This document shows positions 9,975 to 20,474 of a DNA stretch of 64,000 nt, in pieces. The DNA is from Candidatus Obscuribacteraceae bacterium. Lineage in GTDB: Bacteria; Cyanobacteriota; Vampirovibrionia; Obscuribacterales; Obscuribacteraceae. Where the stretch lies: contig JBGAHS010000006.1 in NCBI GenBank assembly GCA_044226015.1, positions 288,001 through 352,000 on the forward strand. Direction: 5' to 3'. A program made the position numbers and the translations under genes. Under the pieces are notes generated by a model. That model was not told where the DNA came from and made no database searches. It saw only the letters and a program-made list of their open reading frames with translations. Position 1 is the first letter of the stretch, and every line of letters begins with the position of its first letter.

Positions 9975-12584
9975 CTATTGCACGCCTTCTGGAGAGAGAA
10001 TAGCCATGTGGCAAGGCAGTTTTTCGGCCAAAATGCGCACGGTGTTACCCAGGTACAATCTTCGTGTTGGGCGAACGCGAGCAGCCAGGACAACCAGGTC
10101 AACATTCTGCTCTTTAACTACCCTTAGAATTTCATTTGCTGGGTCGGAAGCAACACTCACTATCGCGTCAGACTCAACACCAAAAGCATCTGCAAGAGCT
10201 GTAACTTGTTCAACAATTTCTCTTGCCGCAGCTTTACTTTCAGCAACGTCTTCCAACAAAGACTTATAGGAAATGTTCTTCTGTTCTTCGACACAAAGAG
10301 CGATAACCGTTGCACCGAAACTCTTAGCCAGTAAGACACCAAGTTCAGCTGCCTGACTATTTTGCGAGCGCCCCGTGGTTGGCAGCAAAATTCGTTTCAC
10401 GTCCCAATTGTCTTTCTTGCTAGACTCTCTAACTATCAACAAAGGGCAGGGGGCAGCTTGCGCGACTTCATCTATTGTAGGACCGAAAACAGAGTTCTCA
10501 GTTGGCATTCTTGTCGATTCCAAAACTATCAAATCATAATTCAATTTCGCTTCACTGGCGATTTCCTTGCTAGGGCTGTCTGATTGAATGGCACGATTTA
10601 TTAGTGTGACATTACCTTCCTTAGACCTTTCTAGAAGAGTTTTCGAAAGAAATTCCTCTTCTTTCATAGATGTTCCGTGAACTGCAAAAGCAGTGGCTTC
10701 AATCGCATGATGCTTACCTAAAGCTGATATTAGCCTGCCTGTCATATTCCTTTTGCTTTGTGCCTTAACTGGCAGTAGCAATCGATGAATGCGGTTTACA
10801 AAACTGTGAGCCTGTTTCTCTTCGCGTCCTAACCTATCGATTTCTTCTGCGCTTGTTTTAGTTTTCCCAAGGGAATACTTGAGCAAAAACGGCGCCATTC
10901 CTGTGCTTACAAGCGACATCAACACTATTACTGTGAACAAGTCGACTGTGAGAATTCCCAGAGAGAATCCGAGGATACCAACGATTAGTCCCATAGAACC
11001 ACGAGCATTAGTACCAAATCCGATACTAAGAGATTCCCACATATCCATCTTTAAACTCAACCCGCCAAGGTATGCTCCTAGAATTTTCGAGAAGCATGCC
11101 ACCACTGTTACTGCAACAGCAATAAGCAAAAGCTTAGGGTCACGCAAGAGCGTGAGATTAACATGCAAGCCAGCAGCAGCAAAAAACACAGGTGCGAAAA
11201 TACCCATCGTAACGGCTTCTAGAGGATGCAAAACCCTTTGTCCGACCAGCGGCGATTGAGCCAGCAAAACACCAATTGCAAAAGCTCCAAGAATTACGTG
11301 GACACCAATAAATTGAGTAATGGCTGAACTCAGAAGCAAACAGACTATAACAAGACTTATGGAAGCATAGTCAACGTGAGAACGATCTTGCGCCCAGCGA
11401 AAGAGATTAAAGATTAGTTTCTTACCAATCGTAGCGCCGAAAAGAGCAAAGGCTAACATGCCCAACGGCAACTTAAGCAATGCCATCGGACTGCCTCCGT
11501 GCGAGCCTCCTGCAATGGCCGCCACTACGGCAAGCAAAATGCAACCACCAAGATCTTGCACTAGCGCAGAGGCAAGAATTGCTTGTCCGATGTTTCTGCG
11601 CAAAAGCTTCATATCCATAAGAATTTTTGCGATTACGGTAATGGATGAAACTGAGAACACGGTTCCAATAAATGCACCCAGAACAAGGCGCTGATCGGGA
11701 AGAACAAGCATATCGACAGGCAAAGCAAAGGCAACTGCAAACCCACATAGAAGGGGCAGGACAATAGCCCCAACTGACGTAGCTATGGCAACCTTTCCCT
11801 GGGCTTTAATCAAACCGAGGTCTGTTTCAGTTCCTGTTAGCATCAACAAGAAAATGACACCAAGCCAGGAAACAATATCAATTAGATATTGCTGAGTAGA
11901 CTCGACGGGAAAGACAGATTCATATTGAGTCGGAAAAACTGCCCCAAAAACAGATGGTCCTAGAATGATGCCTGCTAGAAGCTGCCCAATTACAGCAGGC
12001 TGACCCAGCCTTGCCAGAATTTCTCCGCAAATAAGCGCTGAAGAAAGAAGAATTGAGACTTGAATCAAGAAAAGCATGATCTTCTCATCAGCAAGAGGTT
12101 TGCTCATGCTGTCGTTTTTGTTCGCAGAGCTTCCCTCTGTCTTTGTTGTTTTCTTATGAGATTGATATAGGGGTTTTAGTTGCGTAATGCGAGTGCGTAA
12201 AATCGCGGCCCATGCAGAAGCAAGTTCGTTTTGTGGGCGTCCAAAGATTTGAACATCCTTCTGTCCAAGTGAAACAATGACGTCGTCATCCAGCGCCACA
12301 GCTTGATTACCACCTGGCAAAGTCAAAACATCAATACGACTGGGGTCAGAAGCAGGGTCAAGTAGAATTTTCATAATACGCCGATTGATATCAGTCGCGC
12401 GCTCGGCTGCCGTTTCAGCATCAGAATCAGTGACCATGAAGGCATCTGACTTGCCGATTTTTACTTCTGCAAACTCATAAGAAGTCACAGCATTTGCCTG
12501 CGGCAAGCCCAAGCCAGAAAGAGGCGCGCCGAGAAGCAAAGCGATCAATACAACACCAATAATGTATTTAATTCGAGCAACCAC
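9975..12584 (-). CDS. CPA2 cation:proton antiporter fused to an N-terminal extracytoplasmic domain and two C-terminal universal stress protein (USP) domains
   Basis: LARLGQPAVIGQLLAGIILGPS, GTETD, SVSSITVIAKILMD, APVFFAAAGL, NARG motifs; RILLPT and DLVVLAAR...YLGNTV USP motifs. Confidence 0.9.
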   Translation of the reverse strand: MVARIKYIIGVVLIALLLGAPLSGLGLPQANAVTSYEFAEVKIGKSDAFMVTDSDAETAAERATDINRRIMKILLDPASDPSRIDVLTLPGGNQAVALDDDVIVSLGQKDVQIFGRPQNELASAWAAILRTRITQLKPLYQSHKKTTKTEGSSANKNDSMSKPLADEKIMLFLIQVSILLSSALICGEILARLGQPAVIGQLLAGIILGPSVFGAVFPTQYESVFPVESTQQYLIDIVSWLGVIFLLMLTGTETDLGLIKAQGKVAIATSVGAIVLPLLCGFAVAFALPVDMLVLPDQRLVLGAFIGTVFSVSSITVIAKILMDMKLLRRNIGQAILASALVQDLGGCILLAVVAAIAGGSHGGSPMALLKLPLGMLAFALFGATIGKKLIFNLFRWAQDRSHVDYASISLVIVCLLLSSAITQFIGVHVILGAFAIGVLLAQSPLVGQRVLHPLEAVTMGIFAPVFFAAAGLHVNLTLLRDPKLLLIAVAVTVVACFSKILGAYLGGLSLKMDMWESLSIGFGTNARGSMGLIVGILGFSLGILTVDLFTVIVLMSLVSTGMAPFLLKYSLGKTKTSAEEIDRLGREEKQAHSFVNRIHRLLLPVKAQSKRNMTGRLISALGKHHAIEATAFAVHGTSMKEEEFLSKTLLERSKEGNVTLINRAIQSDSPSKEIASEAKLNYDLIVLESTRMPTENSVFGPTIDEVAQAAPCPLLIVRESSKKDNWDVKRILLPTTGRSQNSQAAELGVLLAKSFGATVIALCVEEQKNISYKSLLEDVAESKAAAREIVEQVTALADAFGVESDAIVSVASDPANEILRVVKEQNVDLVVLAARVRPTRRLYLGNTVRILAEKLPCHMAILSPEGVQ

Positions 12585-12655
12585 AAAATCTACCTTGCAA
12601 ACGATGTAAATACATTACATCAACTTGCTCTCTTCTGTATCAGCTCGATTCAGTT

Positions 12656-15160
12656 TTATTCAAACCACGATTTTATCCATCGACCTGCACGAGATGCGTT
12701 GTTGCCAACAAATTTAGCTCCTTTTACGACTCCGTCCTTCGCCGCAAGAGCCGTATCTACCGCAAGATCTTTTGTCGCTAGAGCTGTATCAACAGCAAAA
12801 TCTTTCGCCACAATTGCGGCCTGCACTGTTACGTCCTTCACCTTGACTGCTGTATCAATAACGGCATCTTTGACATCAAGTGCAAACGCACCAGCTTCGG
12901 TGGCAACCGAAATAACTCCAAATCCGGCTCCTGTGAGCCCGCCATTTTCAGTACCTTGCCAGGCAGCCATCGAGCCTATTCGCATAAGCTCTTGCGTGCT
13001 CATTGCAAGTTGATTATTCTTGTCAAAACGCAATGCTAGAGGCATAGTCTTCTGTGCAATTGGGTTTTCCACAATACCGAACATGTACCAGTTGCCTTTT
13101 GAATCGTGAGCAGGTTTCATGTCAGCACCAAGTATGACACCAGCTTTCTTCAATAAATGATCTGTCTCAACGAGAACCTGTCGCTGTCCTGACTTATCAG
13201 AAGAGCTTACGGTAAGCGACTTCAGATGCGCCGAAACTTCCTTGCCAGGGTCAATTCCGAGATCCTTAACTATGCCGGGTAGCTGCACCGGCACACGAAC
13301 GCTGATACCTTCTATTTTCGAAAGACTGATACCATTTGCACCCTCTCGAGCGAGCTTCATCTTGATATTCTTGCCGGCGTCTAGAGCAATTCCACCAAAA
13401 TCATGCTGGGTCGCTCCATCTCTGGAAATCTGCAAAGCATCTCCCTGCTTAGAAATTGAACGTACATTTTTGACCATGTCTTTGACAGGTCCATCCACGG
13501 TTGTACCTGTCATTTGTTCGAGCAATTTCACATATTGACCGTCACCACCATTTACGGTGACTTTGAAGTCAGGTCCTGTTTCAGCCGTTTTATCATTTTT
13601 TGTGGGATTAAAAGTAAGCGACAGGTTCACTATCAGGTCTTTTTGCGCCACTGCGATGTCTAGAGTAAGCTGCCCGTTTACATCCACTATTGGCTTGAGA
13701 TTTTTGTCAACTTTTAGTTTTACCGTATCCAGAATAGAATCGGACTTGACCCTTAAAATCCGATTTCCATCTTTGTCGGCCTCACCCAACTCAATTTCCT
13801 TCAAATTTGCTTTGCAGGGTGACTGCATACCTAGCGATTTTGCGATTTCCTCCGGCACGGGCAGATTCAATGCAACGCCTTCAATCTGGCTGATCTTAAG
13901 AGCATTGCCATTTGCATCAAGCTTGCCTTTTACGGTTTCTGCAAGTTCGAGAGGAAGCCCTCCCAGATCGTGAGTGCTCACTTTGTCTCGCTTAACTTCG
14001 ATCACATCGTTTACTTTGCTTATCGATTTAATGCCATCAAGAGAGCCGTCGAGCGCAGTTTTCAAATCAACGCCAGCAATAGTTGCCGCGAGATCAGCAG
14101 GGTTAGTTTTTGGGTCTTTCACCCAATCGCGCATTTTATCTACAGCACGATTTACAATTTTGTCGGAATCAGAGGCGTCAAGTGAAATCCGCGATGTCGA
14201 CACATCAGGCATGAAAGATGCCCCCGCCTTTTTAAGAAAGGCGAACTTGTCTTTAGGGTCTGCTGGTGCAGCTACTGGTCTTGGAATATCGATGCGGAGA
14301 GAAGACTTGCCACTGTCATCATTCTCGATAGTGAAGCTGACTTCTTTGATATCGCCACCGATACCAAGCTTTTCCACAGCTATACCGTTTATGTTTTTCA
14401 AATGAATACATTTCGGATTTTTACTGTCAGGCACAACCTCAAAGCTCGGGTTGTTTACCTTTAAGTTGATAGACATCTTTCCTGACGGCCCATCAATTTG
14501 AATTGGTGTCTCAGTTTTACCTTCGAGACTGACCTTGCTGCCATCAACAGTACCAGATTTGATGCTACCCAAGAGTTTTCTGAAAGTTGCCTCAAGCGCG
14601 GCTCCGGGTATTGATTCAACAACCTTGCTAAAGTCACTTGACTCAATTCTCAATTGACCGGGCTTACTGCTAATGGAAAGGTCTTTCGGTAATGAACCTA
14701 TGGTTAAGAGTGCGCGATCGAGAGTTGTTCCCTTCTCGTGCTTATCTGCATACTCATCAGCTCGTTTCGTTTCACTTTCAACATATTGCTTAAGAGCTTT
14801 ATTTGCTTCGTCTTTTTTATCGTGACTGGTGTTGTCATTTTTCTCGGTTACACTGTCAGCGAAGGCTGCAGAAACTTTTATCGTACTACCTGCAGCTAGC
14901 ACGGTTGCCTGTATTTCAGGATTTTCAAACTTTTTTCGCTCTGTAGAAGCCTGCAAATTGCCTTCGGCGTGAAAAGAAACGGTTTGAGACTTTTCGCCTA
15001 CAGCCGATATCTCTAGTTGAGGCAAGCAAGGAATACTACTATCTCGGCTTGAAGCGGCAATCCGCTTAATCAATCCGAGCGCTTCCGTATTTCCTTCCCC
15101 AGATAACTTTTCAAAATTTTCTGAGTTTCTCTCAGAATTACTGCGCACGTCAAATTCCAT
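12656..15160 (-). CDS. Large hypothetical protein with internal beta-rich domain repeats and C-terminal 11-aa amphipathic repeats
   Basis: Long ORF, no signal peptide; KSISK..THDLGG and RSISK..QHDFGG duplicated blocks; probable start MEFDVR at 15160. Confidence 0.75.
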   Translation of the reverse strand: MEFDVRSNSERNSENFEKLSGEGNTEALGLIKRIAASSRDSSIPCLPQLEISAVGEKSQTVSFHAEGNLQASTERKKFENPEIQATVLAAGSTIKVSAAFADSVTEKNDNTSHDKKDEANKALKQYVESETKRADEYADKHEKGTTLDRALLTIGSLPKDLSISSKPGQLRIESSDFSKVVESIPGAALEATFRKLLGSIKSGTVDGSKVSLEGKTETPIQIDGPSGKMSINLKVNNPSFEVVPDSKNPKCIHLKNINGIAVEKLGIGGDIKEVSFTIENDDSGKSSLRIDIPRPVAAPADPKDKFAFLKKAGASFMPDVSTSRISLDASDSDKIVNRAVDKMRDWVKDPKTNPADLAATIAGVDLKTALDGSLDGIKSISKVNDVIEVKRDKVSTHDLGGLPLELAETVKGKLDANGNALKISQIEGVALNLPVPEEIAKSLGMQSPCKANLKEIELGEADKDGNRILRVKSDSILDTVKLKVDKNLKPIVDVNGQLTLDIAVAQKDLIVNLSLTFNPTKNDKTAETGPDFKVTVNGGDGQYVKLLEQMTGTTVDGPVKDMVKNVRSISKQGDALQISRDGATQHDFGGIALDAGKNIKMKLAREGANGISLSKIEGISVRVPVQLPGIVKDLGIDPGKEVSAHLKSLTVSSSDKSGQRQVLVETDHLLKKAGVILGADMKPAHDSKGNWYMFGIVENPIAQKTMPLALRFDKNNQLAMSTQELMRIGSMAAWQGTENGGLTGAGFGVISVATEAGAFALDVKDAVIDTAVKVKDVTVQAAIVAKDFAVDTALATKDLAVDTALAAKDGVVKGAKFVGNNASRAGRWIKSWFE

Positions 15161-15633
15161 TAGAATCACCAACTAAAAAGTGAGTTAGCGAGCCCTGGAA
15201 CCAACCGGACAATCAATGCCCTTTCCCAGACTTAATATATCCTCTCTAGATGACTTTTGGACAACATAAGAAAAATACTTGGGTATTACTTCGATTCTGC
15301 TGTTCGGCTTTGTCTCTCCCTGATATTGGGTTTCATCCACGCCGAAATTCAAAGAAAACGAATCAATAGTTTCGTAGTCGGTCTGGTAAATCCTGCGCTA
15401 GCCCCAACTTCCCTGTGATTCCCTCTAGATTCCGGTACAATCCTGAATGCGTTTAATGTGGCACCATTGGTGGTGTCTGAATCTCGACCGTGCTTTTTTT
15501 TTTGTAATTGCAGCTATCAAACAAAATTCCAGAGAGGAAATCAGCAAAGAAGGCAAAAATCTTTGTAAGGGTCGATGCTTGTTAAAGCAAAAAGGATGCT
15601 GTACCATACACAAGTACGTATCCGAAGTTTGAA

Positions 15634-18006
15634 ATGAAAACGATTCAGTTACCCGTACGAGATTTCGCATTGCCGGTTCCTCGCCGGGGAAGCATTGACG
15701 TCAACTCGGGTTATGGACTACTCAATCAGGGTCAGGAAATTCATGAGTATGTCCAGCAGATACGCAAGAAGGAAGATCCCTACTACCGGGCGGAAGTCAA
15801 AGTAAGCCACTCTTTCGAACATGAAAATTATAAGTTTCAAGTGTCGGGAAGAATTGATGGCATCTTTGATAAATTCCCTCTGCTCATTGAAGAAATTAAG
15901 TCAACGGTCAACGTACATCAACTAAAGGCGAAGTTGGAACTTACGCCTGACCATCCGTATATCTTGCAGGCTCAGACTTATGCATACCTGTACTACAAAC
16001 AACATGGATTGTTGCCCTCAGTCAGATTGCATTTGGTTTCAAGCACACAAAGGCAAGTTACTGAAAATCTTGATATTCCAGTTCAGCTAGATGTTTACGA
16101 GAAATGGCTTGAATTAAGGCTGGAAGAACTCGTAAAAGAAATGCAAGCCATTGAAGCCGACGTCATGCGACGCATCGACATACATTCCAAGATATTGTTT
16201 CCATTCAATGCACCAAGAACAGGGCAAATCGAACTTGTTGAGATGGTTGAGAAATCGATCAAAGAAAACAAATCGCTTTTTCTTCAAGCACCTACGGGGC
16301 TGGGCAAAACGATGGGAGTTATGTTTCCTGCTCTTAGAAATGCTCTATCGAGGGGGCAAAAACTTGTATACGTAACTCCAAAGAACAGCCAACACACAGT
16401 TGCAGAAGAAGCCGTCGAGCACTTGCAAAAACAGGGGCACGATCTCAGATCGATTACCGTCACAGCAAAGTCGAAAATTTGTTTCAAGCCTGAGCCAATC
16501 TGCACTCCAGAATATTGTGAGTACGCACGTTCTTACTATGAAAAGGTCTGGAAAAATGAACTCATTGACGTAATGGCAAAGAAGCCAAAACTAAATTTTG
16601 ATGTTTTTCAGGAACTTGGAAAAGAGTACGAGGTATGTCCATTTGAATTATCTGTGGATGCAATCGGAAGAGCAGACGTTTTCATCGGTGACTACAACTA
16701 CGTGTTTTCGCCGCGCTCTTTGCTGGGTCGCCTAACACAGTACAACGACCTTTTGAATGAGAAGCCTAATCTGGTAATTGACGAAGCGCACAATTTACCT
16801 GACCGTGCCTGCGACTACTACTCACCAGCACTACACGCAGTTACCTACGATGAAGCTTTTAATCGCTCAAGAATTTTGCCACCAAACCTGGCAATAGAAA
16901 CTCAAGCAATAGTAAGCAGCAGCCTCAATCTTATTAATAGCTCGCTGACAAAGCATCAGAAGGAAGCGAAGGTAGAAATTGATCCAGAACAATTCAAAAA
17001 CCTGGACAAGAAATGGAAAGAACTCATAGCAAATTACCTGCAGTCAGGACAGATGCTGGAGACAAAAGATCCAATAGTGCGAGCAGCCAATGAATGGTCC
17101 TCCTTTGCCGACGGAGTAGTTGTTGATTCCGATAATTTCTTCATTACAGCAAAGCAAACCCGTCTCGGAACAGAATTGAAGGTAACCTGTTGCGATGCTT
17201 CGTCGTTTCTTTCGACTGCTTATGAAAGTTTCCATAATACAGTGAGTTTTTCGGCAACATTGAAACCGTTCGACTATTACATGAAGCTCTCTGGTTTCCA
17301 AAGTTCAAATACAAACATTCATGAGTGTAGTTCGCCATTTCCAGCAGGCAATAGAAAGTTGCTTGTGATACCACAAGTGTCCACCAAATATAGTGACAGA
17401 GTAAAAAACTACGACAAAATAAGTGATGCTATCAAACGAATCGTGGTACTTCGACCTGGCAATTATTTTGCATTTTTTCCCAGCTTTGATTTCTTAAATG
17501 AGGTAGCAAATCGAACCAAACTGGAAGATTTTGAGATTCTTCTACAAAGGTCTGATATGAAAGGCGACGAAGTCAGGCAGTGGATAGAACGCCTGAAGAG
17601 CAACGACCCCACGAAAAAACCCGCATTGATTTTTGCAGTGCAAGGTGGAGTTTTTTCCGAAGGCATAGACTACCCTGGTGACTCACTCATTGGCGCATTG
17701 ATTATCGGACCTGCGTTGCCTAAATTTGATCTTGAACGCGAACTTCTTCGAGATTACTACGAAAAGCACTATAAGTCAGGTTTCGATTATGCCTACACCT
17801 ATCCGGCGATGAGTAGAGTCATTCAATCAGCAGGAAGAGTAATTCGCTCGGGAGAAGACCGAGGCATAATTGTTTTGATGGATCAGCGATTCACAATGAA
17901 GAGTTATGCGGAAGCAATGCCAAATGATTGGTTCAATAAATCAGTCAGAGAACTGGTGTCACAGAGCATTCTTAAAGATCTTAGCGAGTTCTGGCGTCAT
18001 GTTTAG
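15634..18006 (+). CDS. Rad3/XPD/DinG-family Fe-S DNA helicase with N-terminal PD-(D/E)XK (Cas4/RecB-like) nuclease domain
   Basis: GRIDG..IEEIK..QAQTY nuclease motifs; Q motif, APTGLGKT, Cys cluster (ICF..ICTPEYC..VCPFE), DEAH, SAT, FFPS, SEGID, QSAGRVIR. Confidence 0.92.
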   Translation: MKTIQLPVRDFALPVPRRGSIDVNSGYGLLNQGQEIHEYVQQIRKKEDPYYRAEVKVSHSFEHENYKFQVSGRIDGIFDKFPLLIEEIKSTVNVHQLKAKLELTPDHPYILQAQTYAYLYYKQHGLLPSVRLHLVSSTQRQVTENLDIPVQLDVYEKWLELRLEELVKEMQAIEADVMRRIDIHSKILFPFNAPRTGQIELVEMVEKSIKENKSLFLQAPTGLGKTMGVMFPALRNALSRGQKLVYVTPKNSQHTVAEEAVEHLQKQGHDLRSITVTAKSKICFKPEPICTPEYCEYARSYYEKVWKNELIDVMAKKPKLNFDVFQELGKEYEVCPFELSVDAIGRADVFIGDYNYVFSPRSLLGRLTQYNDLLNEKPNLVIDEAHNLPDRACDYYSPALHAVTYDEAFNRSRILPPNLAIETQAIVSSSLNLINSSLTKHQKEAKVEIDPEQFKNLDKKWKELIANYLQSGQMLETKDPIVRAANEWSSFADGVVVDSDNFFITAKQTRLGTELKVTCCDASSFLSTAYESFHNTVSFSATLKPFDYYMKLSGFQSSNTNIHECSSPFPAGNRKLLVIPQVSTKYSDRVKNYDKISDAIKRIVVLRPGNYFAFFPSFDFLNEVANRTKLEDFEILLQRSDMKGDEVRQWIERLKSNDPTKKPALIFAVQGGVFSEGIDYPGDSLIGALIIGPALPKFDLERELLRDYYEKHYKSGFDYAYTYPAMSRVIQSAGRVIRSGEDRGIIVLMDQRFTMKSYAEAMPNDWFNKSVRELVSQSILKDLSEFWRHV

Positions 18007-18020
18007 CAGGAGATGCTGAG

Positions 18021-19565
18021 ATGATATCCCGATTTCGCCACTCTCATGTTCTGCTGCGCTGGATCTTCCTGCGAATACTCTGCTTCTGTTTTCTTGCGGC
18101 ATTTATTTCGATTGGCGTTCAAATTACAGGACTCTATGGTGAGAATGGCATATTGCCAATTGCCTCAACGATAAAAGTGCTTGGATACAGGCTGGCTGAC
18201 GCTGCTTTCATAAACTATCCGAGCATATTCTTCGTAGACTCTCACGACAGCACGCTTCGGTCTGCCTGTTACCTGGGCATCATTGCATCTGCGTTTGGTT
18301 TTTGCGGAATTTTGACAGGTCCAATGATATTGCTTTGCTGGATCATCTATCTTTCTATTGCCAGCCTTGGACAGGAATTTATGGGGTTCCAGTGGGACTC
18401 ATTGCTTCTTGAAACTTCGTTGCTTGCGATGTGGTTCGCGCCATGGAAATTGAAGGAACTCCATCCCTGGTCTCGCGCATTTTTCTTGCAAGCAGAAGTT
18501 TCCTTCTTGTTTCTATGGTTGCTGCGTTTTCTCTGCTTCAAGCTAATGTTTCTTTCTGGTATGTGCAAACTAGCCAGTCATGACCCAAGCTGGTCAAACC
18601 TGAGTGCAATGAGCTACCACTACGAGAGCCAACCATTGCCTACGCCGCTGGCTTGGCTCAGCCAAAAACAGCCTTTACTTCTGGCACAATTAAGCACCCT
18701 TGGGGTTTTAGCAATTGAACTTGTCTTCCCCATTGCTCTCTGTACATTTTCCAGACCAGCCCGAATTATCGCTTCGTGTAGCTTTATTGCATTGATGCTA
18801 GCTATTATGCTAACTGGCAACTATGCGTTTTTCAATTTGCTCACAATAGCTTTAAGCCTCACCCTTCTCGACGACAGTTGCCTGCTAGACGTAACGCCTC
18901 GTTCATTCCGCCCGATGCTGAAGAGAAAGGCTATAGATTTGAAGCATATGTTCTGGAACTCAGCCGCATCAATTATACCGGGTGTGCTTATTGCGATAAC
19001 ATCATTCTCCTATGCGTGGATGATCCTAGACCGTGAAACGAACAGCTCATCTCTTCCATCTGCTCTAGAAATTCCCATCATGCTTACGCAACCACTTCGC
19101 AGCTTTAACAGCTATGGCTTATTTGCGGTGATGACCACGGACAGGAAGGAAATTATCATTGAGGGAAGCAATGATGAGAAGATTTGGCAGGTCTATGAGT
19201 TCAAGTATAAACCTGGCGATCTTCACCGCGCCCCACCAATAGTGGCACCACATCAACCAAGGCTTGACTGGCAAATGTGGTTTGCTTCCCTCGGAGCCGC
19301 AAATCAAAGCCCATGGTTTGAATTGTTTCTGAGAAAAATACTCGAAGGCTCACCCGATGTACTTGGGTTGTTGGATAGCAACCCGTTTCCACAGCGACCT
19401 CCAAAATTCATCAGAGCGAGAATCTATCTCTATCAGTTCAGCAGCATTGAGTCCCTCATTAAGCGAGGGGAGTGGTGGCAGAGAAAAGAACTAGGAATCT
19501 ACTTCCCATCATCATCACTAAGGGAACTGTCACCTGGGGACTTGAGCCCTAGCATTTTATTTTAG
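18021..19565 (+). CDS. Lipase maturation factor (LMF1) family membrane protein
   Basis: GQEFMGFQWDSLLLE, YHYESQPLPTPLAW, TGNYAFFNLLT, APHQPRLDWQMWFA. Confidence 0.93.
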   Translation: MISRFRHSHVLLRWIFLRILCFCFLAAFISIGVQITGLYGENGILPIASTIKVLGYRLADAAFINYPSIFFVDSHDSTLRSACYLGIIASAFGFCGILTGPMILLCWIIYLSIASLGQEFMGFQWDSLLLETSLLAMWFAPWKLKELHPWSRAFFLQAEVSFLFLWLLRFLCFKLMFLSGMCKLASHDPSWSNLSAMSYHYESQPLPTPLAWLSQKQPLLLAQLSTLGVLAIELVFPIALCTFSRPARIIASCSFIALMLAIMLTGNYAFFNLLTIALSLTLLDDSCLLDVTPRSFRPMLKRKAIDLKHMFWNSAASIIPGVLIAITSFSYAWMILDRETNSSSLPSALEIPIMLTQPLRSFNSYGLFAVMTTDRKEIIIEGSNDEKIWQVYEFKYKPGDLHRAPPIVAPHQPRLDWQMWFASLGAANQSPWFELFLRKILEGSPDVLGLLDSNPFPQRPPKFIRARIYLYQFSSIESLIKRGEWWQRKELGIYFPSSSLRELSPGDLSPSILF

Positions 19566-19577
19566 GTTTAAAACGGT

Positions 19578-19612
19578 CAGAGGGTGATGCTGTTGGCACC
19601 ACCCTCTGTTCT
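19578..19612. terminator. Hairpin between convergent genes (probable terminator)
   Basis: cagagggtg-a-tgc tgttg gca-c-caccctctg inverted repeat. Confidence 0.6.
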
Positions 19613-19625
19613 ACTACAACTTTAA

Positions 19626-20474
19626 TTATACTTGCCCTTGTGGAGCTCGTTGCTTGTCGTAAGCCGCCATGGCTTCATCCATCATCTTTTGACGATCTTC
19701 CTTCGAAATAGTGTAGAGTCTCTCACCAACTGTCAAGTTCAGATTTTCGTTGTTGAGGTGCCGAACACGCTTAGCCTCTTCAAGTATTTGCTTCGGCTTC
19801 CAATCAGGATGAGCGGCAGCTACCGTATCGTAATAGCCTTTCTTTGCCTCTACTGGTGGCAGGGTGTATTTTTCTTTGATGGCAGCTTCGACTTGTTTCT
19901 GGTAGTCAGCACGCGCCTTTTCTTCAGGTGTCTGGTCTTTGCCATTTGGCTCACCAGCCTTGTCCTTGGACGGGTCCTTCGATTTATCTTTGCCTGGATC
20001 TTTCGGTTTGTCTTTCGAAGGATCCTTTGGTTGATCCTTCGGAGGCTCGTTAGGCTTAGTATCAAGAAGTTTGTGGGGATCAACCATGTTCCACGATTTC
20101 GGCAACATGTGATCATTTATATGAGACCTGCCATCAATGTTCGCCTTCTGAAATCCGTGGGCGACCATCATGTCATTTAGACGAAAATAGATGTCGTCTT
20201 GCTTGTAGCTTTTCTTCCCTTCGGCTTTCAGGGTCGACTCTGCGACATCATATAAAGTTAGAGAACTCTGGCGATGTTTGCCAGGTTTGGCAGGGTCGCC
20301 GGGTTTAGACGGTCCCTGGTTATAGTCATACGGGTCCTGACCTGGCTGTGGTGCTGGGGATTGATCGCCCGCTTTACCAGGTTTTGTGGTGTTGTCTGCG
20401 CCCTGGTTAAATGAAAACCAGTCTATGGCAGACTGCTGTGGCGCAGCCTTGCCGGCATCCGTTGTCTTGTCCAT
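19626..20474 (-). CDS. Hypothetical protein with KDP repeats and a possible LysM-like C-terminal module
   Basis: Start MDKTTD (20474) with ggaga RBS; PKDQPKDPSKDKPKDPGKDK tract; KGYYDTVA...RHLNNENLNLTVGERL resembles LysM. Confidence 0.6.
   Translation of the reverse strand: MDKTTDAGKAAPQQSAIDWFSFNQGADNTTKPGKAGDQSPAPQPGQDPYDYNQGPSKPGDPAKPGKHRQSSLTLYDVAESTLKAEGKKSYKQDDIYFRLNDMMVAHGFQKANIDGRSHINDHMLPKSWNMVDPHKLLDTKPNEPPKDQPKDPSKDKPKDPGKDKSKDPSKDKAGEPNGKDQTPEEKARADYQKQVEAAIKEKYTLPPVEAKKGYYDTVAAAHPDWKPKQILEEAKRVRHLNNENLNLTVGERLYTISKEDRQKMMDEAMAAYDKQRAPQGQV

Noticed and set aside
9890..10105. N-terminal extension of the 230-aa ORF
   Set aside because: Overlaps the antiporter gene; RBS and signal peptide support a start at 9889
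15634..16200. Cas4-like nuclease plus DinG-like helicase as a type IV CRISPR component
   Set aside because: No array or other cas genes in the window; the fusion fits a stand-alone repair helicase
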